DNA of 64,000 bases from Kiritimatiellota bacterium. Its GTDB lineage: Bacteria; Verrucomicrobiota; Lentisphaeria; Oligosphaerales; JAADHN01. Below are positions 47,538-56,877 of this stretch, one piece after another. Numbering within the stretch: the stretch's first letter is position 1; every line of letters starts with the position of its first letter. The position numbers were made by a program, and so were the translations under genes. The DNA is taken from the NCBI GenBank assembly GCA_013151865.1, contig JAADHN010000111.1:122624-186623 (forward strand). Direction: 5' to 3'. A model generated the notes under the pieces. That model was not told where the DNA came from and did no database searches. It worked only from the letters and a program-made list of their open reading frames with translations.

Positions 47538-48038
47538 TCAGTCCGACCGCGGTGCAGGTCCCCCGAAAAGGTCCCGCAACATTTCCGCCACCCCGGCCGA
47601 CGGCCCGGAGGCTTGCTGAAGAACGTTCAAGCTCTCGTCCTGGTCTTTGGGACGGGCCTGCCAATTCGCCGGGGCAAATACCTGGATCGTGGTGATGCCG
47701 CCGACCAACACAACTTTCGCCTGCGGTTCGAGGCCCGCGTGCTCCATGAGCTGCGGCGTTAGACTGATCCGCCCCTGCGTGTCGCACGTGCTGTCGTGCC
47801 CTTTGGACCCAACGAAGGCCAAGGCGTCCGCCACCTTCGCGTCCCCAAAAGGTGCACGCCGAAGTTTCTGGACCAATTCCTCGAACATGCTCGCGGGAAT
47901 CACGTGGATCCCCCGATTCGGACCCGGCATGAGAATGAAGCGATTCTTCGAACGGTCCGCCTCACGCCAAGCGCTGGGAATGGCCACGCGTCGCTGGCGG
48001 TCAAGCACGTATTCGTATTGTCCGAGAAACCACTTCAT
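47538..48038 (-). CDS. mraZ: Transcriptional regulator MraZ
   Basis: Two SpoVT/AbrB-like repeats (D..RRVAIP... and D.QGRISL.P). First gene of the dcw cluster. Confidence 0.9.
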   Translation of the reverse strand: MKWFLGQYEYVLDRQRRVAIPSAWREADRSKNRFILMPGPNRGIHVIPASMFEELVQKLRRAPFGDAKVADALAFVGSKGHDSTCDTQGRISLTPQLMEHAGLEPQAKVVLVGGITTIQVFAPANWQARPKDQDESLNVLQQASGPSAGVAEMLRDLFGGPAPRSD

Positions 48039-48065
48039 GTCGGCCCACGGCCCCGTGCCCCTACA

Positions 48066-48101
48066 CCCCCCTGATTAACCCTATTCTCACCTTTTCACCA
48101 C
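48066..48101 (-). promoter_or_regulatory. Possible MraZ operator: G-rich pentamers phased every 10 nt upstream of mraZ
   Basis: The minus strand reads GTGGTgaaaa GGTGAgaata GGGTTaatca GGGGGgtgta GGGGcac... ending 5 nt before the ATG. It resembles the 10-nt-phased (G)TGGG direct repeats bound by MraZ in E. coli. Confidence 0.3.
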
Positions 48102-48251
48102 ATATTACGCCTGGACACCCCGGTTTGCAAACCCGATCCAGCTTTTTTTGCAAAAAAAAACGCCGCAGGCCGGCGAACCCCGGACCGACGCGGCGTGTCA
48201 AACCCGGACAGCCTTGGAGGACGCTTTGGATCAGAAAGGAAGCAGGACCAC

Positions 48252-49187
48252 ATGGATGCAGAAACGTTGGTAATCGTGGGCACAGGGCCGGCGGGCCTGA
48301 CCTGCGCTGTTTACGCGGCCCGGGCCAATCTCCGCCCCCTGCTGATCGACGGCACGCTTCCCGGAGGTCAATTGACGCAAACCACTGAAGTGGAGAACTA
48401 CCCGGGGTTTCCGGAAGGCATTTCCGGTTTCGTGCTCATGCAAAACATGCGGCAGCAGGCCGAACGTTTCGGGACCAGGTCCCTCAGCGATACAGTGGCA
48501 CGCGGCGAGCTGTCCCCCGGTGGCCCGCACAAATTGTTCCTGGGCGGCGGCAAGACGATCGAGACGCAGGCCCTGGTCATTGCCACCGGCGCACGACCGC
48601 GCTGGCTGGGCGTCCCGGGCGAAGAAGAATTGAAGAACAAGGGCGTATCGGCCTGCGCCACCTGCGACGGCGCTTTTTTCCGGGACGTCCCCATCGCGGT
48701 CGTCGGCGGCGGCGATTCCGCCATTGAGGAAGCCCTGTTCCTGACGCGGTTCGGCTCCAAGGTCTTCGTCGTGCATCGCCGGAAGGAACTCCGCGCCTCG
48801 AAGATCATGCAGGAGCGGGCCTTCGCGAATCCGAAAATCGCGTTCTGCTGGGACTCGGTGGTTGACGAAATCCTGGGCGTGGACGCGGACCGGGTCACCG
48901 GCGTGCGGTTGCGAAATGTCGAAACGGGCGAGCTGTCCACGCTCGATTGCGGAGCGGTGTTTATGGCCATTGGCCACACTCCGAGCACGGAACCTTTTCG
49001 CGACCAGGTGGAAATGGACGAGCGGGGCTATATTCGGCTGCAGGGGCAGAGCAGTCGAACCAGCATCGAAGGGGTTTTTGCAGCGGGGGATTGCGCGGAC
49101 AGCGCGTATCGCCAAGCCGTCACGGCCGCCGGTATGGGCTGTCGCGCGGCCATCGATGCCGAACGGTGGCTGGCCGAGCGCGAATGA
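48252..49187 (+). CDS. trxB: Thioredoxin-disulfide reductase
   Basis: FAD motif VIVGTGPAGLTCAVYAAR. Redox-active CATCDG. NADPH motif VVGGGDSAIEEA. Confidence 0.95.
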   Translation: MDAETLVIVGTGPAGLTCAVYAARANLRPLLIDGTLPGGQLTQTTEVENYPGFPEGISGFVLMQNMRQQAERFGTRSLSDTVARGELSPGGPHKLFLGGGKTIETQALVIATGARPRWLGVPGEEELKNKGVSACATCDGAFFRDVPIAVVGGGDSAIEEALFLTRFGSKVFVVHRRKELRASKIMQERAFANPKIAFCWDSVVDEILGVDADRVTGVRLRNVETGELSTLDCGAVFMAIGHTPSTEPFRDQVEMDERGYIRLQGQSSRTSIEGVFAAGDCADSAYRQAVTAAGMGCRAAIDAERWLAERE

Positions 49188-49286
49188 TTCCCGGGCCGAG
49201 TAGGGGCGGAGCAATGGGGGCCCGAAAAGAAGGCCCGCAAGACTGCTCGTGGACGCACACCCCCACCAAGAGAGCCAAAACCGGCG

Positions 49287-50120
49287 TCACGCCAGCGATT
49301 TCTTGCTGCGCGTCTTCTGAAGTTGATTCTCCGGGATCCGGCGATAGATGAAATCAAGAGAAAGGTCGATGTCCTCCCGGGCCTCGTCCGGGGTCGATAC
49401 CCCGACAGTCACCATGTCGCAGTCTCGAATCGTGTTCCATACGAACGCCAGCCCCACCGGCGGCAGCAAGCGGCCGGCTGCCAGCGGCTTGATCGTCATC
49501 ACCGGTTTCGCGGCATGACGGATCACGCGCATTGCCCAATCCGCTTCAACGGACATGAGGAATCCCGCCGCGTTGTACATCTGGATGTAAGTCTCAATGT
49601 CCGCGCCGGTTCGATCCGCATACACGACGGATTCCGGGGCATGAGTGGACAGGCCGGGAATCATGCCTCGTTCCCGAATCATGGTGGTATACTTGTCGAT
49701 ATCCCGGATTCTCTGGAACATCTTGTCCAAGAGCCGGTCCGTGACGCACTGGTGCGGGAAGCAGAAAGTCCCCCCCTGTTCCCGGCAATGGTCGAAAACG
49801 CTGTCCGGTTCCTGTTCGGGGGGACCGCCCGGGAGGATGTTGAAGTGCGGCGTGAAGATCATGTGCATCTTGCTCCCGACCCGGTCCTCGGCATCGTGCA
49901 CCGCATCGACCAGCATGGGCAGGGGCATCCCCATCACCGCGTTCACACCGTGTTCGAGAAACGTGGTCAGAATGTCCGCGATCTTTTCACGGGTCTGAAT
50001 GCTTTTGATGAAATTGTCCTTGGCCACACTGGTATGAGACCAACCGAAAAACCAATTCGTGCCGACGATCATTCGCGAGATCGAGACACCCCCCACTGTC
50101 GTGCGCGGAAATTCGTCCAT
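49287..50120 (-). CDS. Conserved hypothetical protein (function unknown)
   Basis: Protein-like composition. AAGGGAAG SD lies upstream of ATG 50120. I recognise no diagnostic motif. Confidence 0.65.
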   Translation of the reverse strand: MDEFPRTTVGGVSISRMIVGTNWFFGWSHTSVAKDNFIKSIQTREKIADILTTFLEHGVNAVMGMPLPMLVDAVHDAEDRVGSKMHMIFTPHFNILPGGPPEQEPDSVFDHCREQGGTFCFPHQCVTDRLLDKMFQRIRDIDKYTTMIRERGMIPGLSTHAPESVVYADRTGADIETYIQMYNAAGFLMSVEADWAMRVIRHAAKPVMTIKPLAAGRLLPPVGLAFVWNTIRDCDMVTVGVSTPDEAREDIDLSLDFIYRRIPENQLQKTRSKKSLA

Positions 50121-50392
50121 GAGAGCGGCTTCCCTTTGGCGACCGTCCCGAAACACAGTGCGCCCGGAAAAGTCCGGGCGATATTACGGAGACGGCACGG
50201 AACCGAGACCGGCGGCGGTAGGACCGCCCGCACCACGCGGGTGGACAGGGGCGAGCGGGCAACGACCGGGACGGGGTCCGGGCCTGAACTGCCTGTAATA
50301 TGTCGCCGTGCCTCCCGAGCGCCAATGCGTTCGGGGACGGGCGGCTCGGCGACGCCCGTCCGGCTCCACCGAAACGAACAGAGGGTCACGAA

Positions 50393-50989
50393 ATGACACG
50401 AGTACTCGCAAAATGGCCCGCAGCCATCGGACTTGCTTGCGGCCTTCTGGGGTGCAGCCACCTGCCGACGTGGTTCTTGAAGGCGCCGCCGAACCGTGGT
50501 GACACTTTTCCGTCCGTGGTCCTCGAGGCCCCGTCCGATCCGAGTGCACGGACCTATCTCGGATTGAAACCGGGCGCAACAACATTCGCGGTCCAGGACA
50601 TTCGGGCCGACATGGTCATCATCGAGGTCTTGGACATGTACTGCCGATTCTGCCAGCAGGGCGCACCGGCGGCAAACGAGCTGCGAAAAATGCTCGAAAG
50701 CCGCGGTGTGGCGGACCGGGTCAAAATGATCGGGATAGCGATAGGAAACTCCCGGTTCGAAGCGGCGCTTTTCGCCGACCGGTTCCGCGTGCGTTTCCCG
50801 GTCGTGCCCGACCCGGACTCGACGGTGCGCCACGCACTCGGCCGAGTCGGGACCCCGGCGTTCTACGCCGTGCGCATTACAGACGGCAACGCCGTTATCG
50901 TGGCCCGACACAACGGGCTCCCGAAACACGACGATACGGCGCGCTTCCTGGACCGGGCACTCTCCCGTGCCGGGCTCCGCACGCCATGA
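50393..50989 (+). CDS. TlpA/redoxin-like thiol-disulfide oxidoreductase lipoprotein
   Basis: Lipobox LLGC after a signal sequence. Thioredoxin-fold CxxC (YCRFCQ) preceded by a beta-strand (MVIIEVLDM). Confidence 0.75.
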   Translation: MTRVLAKWPAAIGLACGLLGCSHLPTWFLKAPPNRGDTFPSVVLEAPSDPSARTYLGLKPGATTFAVQDIRADMVIIEVLDMYCRFCQQGAPAANELRKMLESRGVADRVKMIGIAIGNSRFEAALFADRFRVRFPVVPDPDSTVRHALGRVGTPAFYAVRITDGNAVIVARHNGLPKHDDTARFLDRALSRAGLRTP

Positions 50990-51442
50990 CTCAACGCCTT
51001 TTCGTCCGGCAAAATGGTGCGCGCGCCCGACGCCGCCGTGGTATCGCCGCACGGGACGTCGACGCCGGTAATCCCGGCCTCTTGATCGCGCGCATTTCGC
51101 AGGACGAAACCGTGCGTGATCGCAGCCCGATAGACCACCACGCCAAAGCGGTGTACGGGCGCGTCGTACACGACCCGGGGCGCCCCGCCGCAGACCGGGA
51201 ACAGCACATCCCCGGGAACGCCGCCAGCAGGCCGTAGGCCCGGACGCGCGTCCACCACCACCACCGCGAAAGCCGGAAACCCTTGCGTTGGGGGCCGACC
51301 CCGTTTTTCTGCACCCTCTCGGGGCCTTCCGCCGAGACCGAGACCGAGACCGGAATTGGCGGCAAGCATCCGTTTTTCCGGCCCGGCCCGGGGCTTTTCC
51401 GGTTGAATTCAGCGGCACTGACGCCTATGTTATGAGCCGGTT

Positions 51443-51518
51443 GCCAATGTAGCTCAGTTGGTAGAGCAGCTCACTCGTAATGAGCAGGTCGTCGGTTCGA
51501 GTCCGACCGTTGGCTCCA
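51443..51518 (+). tRNA. tRNA-Thr (anticodon CGU), CCA encoded
   Basis: Cloverleaf read by hand: acceptor GCCAATG/CGTTGGC (one G-U pair), D-arm GCTC/GAGC, anticodon stem GCTCA/TGAGC with loop CTCGTAA, T-arm GTCGG-TTCGAGT-CCGAC, discriminator T plus CCA. Followed by T8. Confidence 0.95.
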
Positions 51519-51536
51519 TTTTTTTTGCCCTGATCA

Positions 51537-51568
51537 GGCCCCGCGCCGCCCCGAAGCGGTCGCGGGCC
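51537..51568. terminator. GC-rich hairpin between the tRNA-Thr 3' end and the dxr stop (possible bidirectional terminator)
   Basis: GGCCCCGCGCCGC-cccgaa-GCGGTCGCGGGCC, an imperfect 13-bp stem. It is flanked by T8 on the upstream plus side; only a weak U-tract follows. Confidence 0.35.
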
Positions 51569-51575
51569 GTTTCCC

Positions 51576-52742
51576 CTACCGCACCGCACCGGTTGCGACC
51601 AGCTCACGCGCCACCCGCCGGGCATTGTAGTCGGCCGCCTGGACGGCCCGGATCGAGTCTGCGGACTCCGCAACGCAACGTTCCATCACGGCTTGAACGA
51701 GACGCGAGATGCCGGGCAGGGTCACCTTACCGGCGAGGAAACTCTCCACACCGATTTCGGTTGCTGCATTGAACACGGCGGTCATGGTCCCGCCTGCTTC
51801 GAGGGCACTGCGAGCCAACCGCAGCGCGGGAAAACGGTTTTCGTCCAAGGCCTCGAACTCCAATCGGCCGAGCGCGACCAAGTCCAATCGGGACACGACG
51901 CCCGAGCGCCGCTCGGGCCAAGTCAGAGCGTATTGGATCGGCATGGCCATGTCGGGCATCCCCAGCTGAGCCAGAACGCCCCCGTCCACGAACTCGATCA
52001 TCGAGTGAACGATGGATTGGGGGTGCACCACCACGTCAACGGCGCTCGACGGCACGGAGAAGAGACGGCAGGCCTCGATCAATTCGAGCCCTTTGTTCAG
52101 CAGGCACGCAGATTCCACGGTAACCTTGACGCCCATGCGCCAAGTGGGATGGGCCAGGGCCTGCTCGGGAGTGACTCTTTCCAAGGCTTGGCCCGGCGTT
52201 TTCCGGAAAGGGCCCCCACTGGCTGTCAGGATCAGGCGCCGCACGTCCCGAAGACGATGCCCTTGAAGGCATTGGAAAATCGCCGAGTGCTCGCTGTCCA
52301 CGGGCAGAATGCGGACTCCGCACCGACCGGCCTCGGCCATGACCAGTTCACCGGCCATGACCAGCACTTCCTTGGTGGCCAGAGCCACGTTTTTCCGGGC
52401 CCGCACGGCGGCGAGCACCGGATCGAGCGCCCGGGCATCGGGCATGGCGCACAAGATCATGTCGGCATCCGAGGCCGCGGCCAGAGAACAGAGCGCATTC
52501 GGACCGGCTTCGACCCGGCAGCCGGCCGGAACCAGGGCCCGCAGTTCCGCCAAGCGGCCGGGATCGGCCACGACAACAGTGCGACATCCGCACTGAGCGA
52601 CCTGTTCGGCCAGGAGGCCGGGCCGGCCGCCGCCGGAAGCGAGACCGACAACCTCGAATTCCGGCCCCAAGCGCCGGACCACGCGCACGGCGGCAGCGCC
52701 GACCGAGCCGGTCGAGCCGAGTATGACGATTCGCTTGCCCAC
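51576..52742 (-). CDS. dxr: 1-deoxy-D-xylulose 5-phosphate reductoisomerase
   Basis: N-terminal ILGSTGSVG NADPH motif. LPVDSEHSAIFQCL, HPTWxMG and full-length colinearity with Dxr. Confidence 0.95.
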   Translation of the reverse strand: MGKRIVILGSTGSVGAAAVRVVRRLGPEFEVVGLASGGGRPGLLAEQVAQCGCRTVVVADPGRLAELRALVPAGCRVEAGPNALCSLAAASDADMILCAMPDARALDPVLAAVRARKNVALATKEVLVMAGELVMAEAGRCGVRILPVDSEHSAIFQCLQGHRLRDVRRLILTASGGPFRKTPGQALERVTPEQALAHPTWRMGVKVTVESACLLNKGLELIEACRLFSVPSSAVDVVVHPQSIVHSMIEFVDGGVLAQLGMPDMAMPIQYALTWPERRSGVVSRLDLVALGRLEFEALDENRFPALRLARSALEAGGTMTAVFNAATEIGVESFLAGKVTLPGISRLVQAVMERCVAESADSIRAVQAADYNARRVARELVATGAVR

Positions 52743-53011
52743 GGCAATTTCTTTCAGCGAGAACCGGCGGACGCCGGGCCTGTCGTTACGAAAAACAGCG
52801 GACTCACAGCAACGTCCGCGAACGTACCGAATCCGGCGACGAAGCTATGGGTCGGCCCGACCCCGGTGCGAGCCGGTTAACGGCGGGCGTGTCGGCCCGC
52901 GCACGGTCCCCGCGAGCGGGGCACGACCCCGGGTGCGGCCGCAGTCCCCGCAACGAAGGCACGGCACCATGCTCTGAACACGGCTGCCGGGCCCCGTGCC
53001 GATCCCCTGCC

Positions 53012-55456
53012 TCAGGGCCCGGCGCCGGTCTGGGGCACGTCCACCTTCGCCGCGGCGGCTGTTTCCCGGCGCATGGCTGCGCCGCTTTCCGCCTCGGTCA
53101 CGCCCTCACCGGCGGCCGCCTGCATTCGCACCAGATCGGCCAGCACATGCAGGGCTTCCTCCATGACCAAATCCTTGCCGTCCTCGTCCTCGGCTTTCTT
53201 CTTCCGGCCCCGGGATCGACTGCGCGTGATCTTGACGCTGCGGATCCGCCGGGCCCATTCCTCTTCTTCTTTCTGATACTTGACCCGTTTGGCGCGGTTG
53301 AGCGTCAGCGTCTTCTTGCTGCGGCGCTCTCCGAACTGGTGGATGTCCGTCACCAGGGCCTGGAACTCCGGGTCACGGGACCGCCGGCGCTCGGACCTGA
53401 CCCGCAACGGGCCACGAAACCGCTCGACATCCACGGTGCGGACGACGTCCAGAGGCGTAATCTCATCCCAGGGCATAACGTGCGGCAGGTGCGCCTCGCC
53501 GAGTTCCATGTAATCGGTGAAAGACGGCAGCACGATATCGGGCGTGACCCCTTTTTTCTGGGTCGATCCGCCGCTGACCCGATAGAACTTGGCCATGGTA
53601 AACTTGAGTGACCCGGGCTTCTGCTTCTTGAAAATGGGAGAATATCGAAGCGTCCGGTCCAAATGATAAACCGTCTGAACGGTGCCCTTTCCGTGTGTCG
53701 AAGCTTCACCCACAAGGATGCCGCGGTGGTAGTCTTGGATCGCGGCGGCCACAATCTCGGAAGCCGAGGCGCTCAGGCGGTTCACGAGTACGACCAGCGG
53801 ACCGTCGTAGTACGTCTTGCCGTCGTCATCGGCTCGGACTCTGACCTTCCCCGACCCCTGACGCACCTGCACGACCGGCCCTTTGGGAATGAAGAGCCCG
53901 GTGATCCCGATGGCCTCGTCCAGACTGCCTCCGCCATTGGAGCGCAGGTCGAGAATCATTCCGGCAAGCGGGGTTTCCTTCTCCGCTTTTTCGATCAGGC
54001 GGCGCACGTCCCGGGTGGAGCTTTTGTAGTTGGGGTCGTGTCGGCGACGGGCCTCGAAATCGGAATAGAACGAGGGGAGCGAGACGACCAGGGCTTTTCC
54101 GAGAGGGGCGGCCGGAGCGGGAGGCTGAGGCAATTCCCGCAACTCGCTTCGGGCCGCCTGGTCCGTCAATTTCACCTCCCCGCGCGTGATATCGATCACG
54201 ACCGGCGCGCTGCCCAGACCTTTGGCCGCCTCGATCACTGTCAGGAGTACTTTCGTTCCTTTGGGCCCGCGGATCAATCGCACCACGCGGCGCAAGGGCA
54301 TGTTGACCACATCCACCGGCTCCTTGTCTTTCTCCTGGGCCACGGCAACGATGCGGTCGCCTTCCTTGAGCCGACCGTCCCGGTCGGCAGGTCCACCCGG
54401 AATAATGCCGGCGACTTTAACGTACTCATCCTCGGTGGTCAGCAGGGCGCCGATCCCCTGGAGCGACAGTTTCATGGAAATATCGAAGTCCTCTTCCGTG
54501 TCCGGGGCCATGTAAGCGGAGTGCGGATCGTAAACCCGCGTCATGGTGGAGAGGTAGATTTCGAGCACGTCCATGCTGTCGTTCTCTTCGAGTCGCCGGA
54601 GGTATCTCCGGTAGTTTCGCAACACGCGTTCCCGGGGTGTCAAGTCCTGGGAAGACGACGCCTCGCGCGGCTTGTCCGGCGGCGTCGTCACGGTCTCTTT
54701 CTGTTGGGGACCCGTGCGCCCGGCATCCGCCCCAGGCGGCGCTTTCTCGGCCGGTCCGTTTCCTTTCGCCGGCGGCGCCTCGGGCGCCTCCTTCTTTTTC
54801 GTCTCCGGCGCGACGGACGTGGTTTTTTCGCGGTTTTTCTTCTGCTTGGCCTTTTTTTCCTCGTCCATCAACTCGTAAGTCAACAGATTGTTCTTGAGGC
54901 GCTTGCGCCACAGGGCGTCGAGTTCCTCTTTGGACGCGGGCCAAGGAGCCTTGGACCGGTCGAGAAGGATGGATTCATCCTTATTGAAATCAAAAGGCTC
55001 CGGCAATCGTTTCTCGCAGTACTCGAGGCGGTCCCGAACGCGCTCCACCAGTCGGCGATAGACTTCGTAGGCGAAATCCACGTTCCCCTGTAGGAGCAGG
55101 TCGTCCAGGATCAGGCGATAGCTCTGGAACTCCTGGATATCGGAGGCCAGGAAATAGCTGTGATTGGGATCCAGCCGACTGAAGTAATCATTGAAAAGCT
55201 GCTTCGAAATCTCGTCGTCGAGCGGATGTCGGCTGTAGTGGTAGCGCGACATCAATTGGGCCACGACCTTGGCAACGACACGTCCGACGGCCGTGGCTTC
55301 GGGCGTTCGAACGACAGGCGCCGGCGCGGCGGCATACGAGGCCGCCGATATCCAGGCCAAGACGAGGGCCATGGCCGTTGTTCGACATGCGCCGTGCAGT
55401 GCGTCGACCCGGGACAAAGCGATTCTTGCGCGAATTGTCACTGCAAACTCCTTCAC
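53012..55456 (-). CDS. prc: Tail-specific (C-terminal processing) protease, S41 family, Prc-like
   Basis: PDZ (GIGALLTTEDEYVKVAGIIPGGPADRDGRLKEGDRIVAV). S41 catalytic region (LVVLVNRLSASASEIVA...GKGTVQ). Lys/Glu-rich insert. Start uncertain (GTG 55456 / GTG 55441 / ATG further in). Confidence 0.9.
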   Translation of the reverse strand: MKEFAVTIRARIALSRVDALHGACRTTAMALVLAWISAASYAAAPAPVVRTPEATAVGRVVAKVVAQLMSRYHYSRHPLDDEISKQLFNDYFSRLDPNHSYFLASDIQEFQSYRLILDDLLLQGNVDFAYEVYRRLVERVRDRLEYCEKRLPEPFDFNKDESILLDRSKAPWPASKEELDALWRKRLKNNLLTYELMDEEKKAKQKKNREKTTSVAPETKKKEAPEAPPAKGNGPAEKAPPGADAGRTGPQQKETVTTPPDKPREASSSQDLTPRERVLRNYRRYLRRLEENDSMDVLEIYLSTMTRVYDPHSAYMAPDTEEDFDISMKLSLQGIGALLTTEDEYVKVAGIIPGGPADRDGRLKEGDRIVAVAQEKDKEPVDVVNMPLRRVVRLIRGPKGTKVLLTVIEAAKGLGSAPVVIDITRGEVKLTDQAARSELRELPQPPAPAAPLGKALVVSLPSFYSDFEARRRHDPNYKSSTRDVRRLIEKAEKETPLAGMILDLRSNGGGSLDEAIGITGLFIPKGPVVQVRQGSGKVRVRADDDGKTYYDGPLVVLVNRLSASASEIVAAAIQDYHRGILVGEASTHGKGTVQTVYHLDRTLRYSPIFKKQKPGSLKFTMAKFYRVSGGSTQKKGVTPDIVLPSFTDYMELGEAHLPHVMPWDEITPLDVVRTVDVERFRGPLRVRSERRRSRDPEFQALVTDIHQFGERRSKKTLTLNRAKRVKYQKEEEEWARRIRSVKITRSRSRGRKKKAEDEDGKDLVMEEALHVLADLVRMQAAAGEGVTEAESGAAMRRETAAAAKVDVPQTGAGP

Positions 55457-55486
55457 ATTCCTTGAGGCGCGACGGCCGCAGGGCGC

Positions 55487-56794
55487 CTATGGCGCCGGGG
55501 ACGTCTTTTCGGCAAAAAGTTCCCGGCGCGCCCAAAGCCCCAGGCCGGGGTGGCTGATATAGAACACCTTTTCTCCGCCGGGCAACTCGTTGAAGCCGTC
55601 GCGGAGTTTTTCCGGGTCATATCGTTCGAGCATGGGGGCCAACTCGGCGGCCTCGAACCCCACGGCCCGGATTTCGTCGTGACTGACGCCGCTCCCCGGG
55701 CAATAGACAATGCGGAACCGCCCCTCGCTCGATCCGTGAATGAGGTGGGCCGCCGCGCTGAGATTGGCACGCAGGTCGTCGTTCGCCCGGACGGCTGCGA
55801 GCGTGGCCGGCGTGCCGCGGTACCCATATTTGCGGATGAGACGGTCGATTTCCCCGTCCTCGCCGAATTCCCGGAGACCGGGTGCGAGCACGATCAGCTC
55901 TCCGCCGTCCCCGATGGCCATGCGGGTCCGATACACCGCCTTGTTCCCCAACCAAGTGCTCTTGAACTCTTCCGGATCCAAGTATACCACCACCTTTTGG
56001 AGGGGCGCGCCCAGAAGGTCGAGGTTGACCGCCCGACTCAGGCGGGCGCCGGCAACGAACACCTCCTCGCCGTCGCCTACGAACAGCCCCTTCATCTGCA
56101 TTCGGCGCGTCTCGGGAGCGCGGGCCATGACGGTGAGGACATAAACGATGGGCAGTTCCGCCAGAAACCGGTCTGCCACGTAATTGAAAAGTCGACGCAC
56201 GGGCGTGTCGGTCCGGCCCATGATTCGCTCCATCCCGTAAACGGCGCCGAGAAAGTGGGATTTGTTGATCATGTCCGCCCCGCCGACGCCGACGCAGACA
56301 TTCTTGGTGTAATTGGCCATCCCCACCACTTCGTGCGGTACGATCTGGCCGACGGAAAGGATCAGATCGTACCCGGCGAACAGCAACCGGTTGACCTCGG
56401 CGCGAACGGCATAGTCGACCCTGCCCTCGGACCACTCGTCCAGTAGGGCGCCGGGCACTTCCCCGAGCTGCGTCAGGCTGCTCCGCCAATCATGGATCCG
56501 AAACCGGGCAAGAGGAATGTCCGGCCCGAACATGGCGCGGATTTCCTTCGCGGTCATCGGGGCATGTGTCCCCAGGGCGGGCATGATGTCGATCTCAGCG
56601 GTGGCCCCAAGCAGGTCGTAAAGAATGGCGGTCAATTCGCCCGCGTTTGAATAGAACCGGGTATAATCCGGCGGCAGAATGAGCACTTTCCGGAACGGTC
56701 CGCCGATCCGGGCCAGGGCCCCGGCAAGCAATTCCCGCTTCCGAGCGGCGTTCAGGGCAATGTTCTCGCCGGCTTCCTGGGCAAAAACGGCCAT
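55487..56794 (-). CDS. LarA-like (lactate racemase N-terminal domain / DUF2088) family protein
   Basis: GGAG lies 8 nt upstream of ATG 56794. VLILPPDYTRF...MPALGTHAPMTAKEI resembles the LarA_N pattern (D.TR ... GTH..mt.eE). Tentative. Confidence 0.55.
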   Translation of the reverse strand: MAVFAQEAGENIALNAARKRELLAGALARIGGPFRKVLILPPDYTRFYSNAGELTAILYDLLGATAEIDIMPALGTHAPMTAKEIRAMFGPDIPLARFRIHDWRSSLTQLGEVPGALLDEWSEGRVDYAVRAEVNRLLFAGYDLILSVGQIVPHEVVGMANYTKNVCVGVGGADMINKSHFLGAVYGMERIMGRTDTPVRRLFNYVADRFLAELPIVYVLTVMARAPETRRMQMKGLFVGDGEEVFVAGARLSRAVNLDLLGAPLQKVVVYLDPEEFKSTWLGNKAVYRTRMAIGDGGELIVLAPGLREFGEDGEIDRLIRKYGYRGTPATLAAVRANDDLRANLSAAAHLIHGSSEGRFRIVYCPGSGVSHDEIRAVGFEAAELAPMLERYDPEKLRDGFNELPGGEKVFYISHPGLGLWARRELFAEKTSPAP

Positions 56795-56877
56795 GATGAT
56801 TCTCCGCAACTGTCGGGGATCGAGTCCGCAACGGGGGAACGCCACAGTAGCGTGAACGGAGCGGTGAGGCGCCGCAG

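Noticed and set aside
51380-51600. tRNA-Thr as a possible genomic-island integration site
   Set aside because: There is no integrase or recombinase gene, no direct repeat of the tRNA 3' end, and no compositional break visible on either side.
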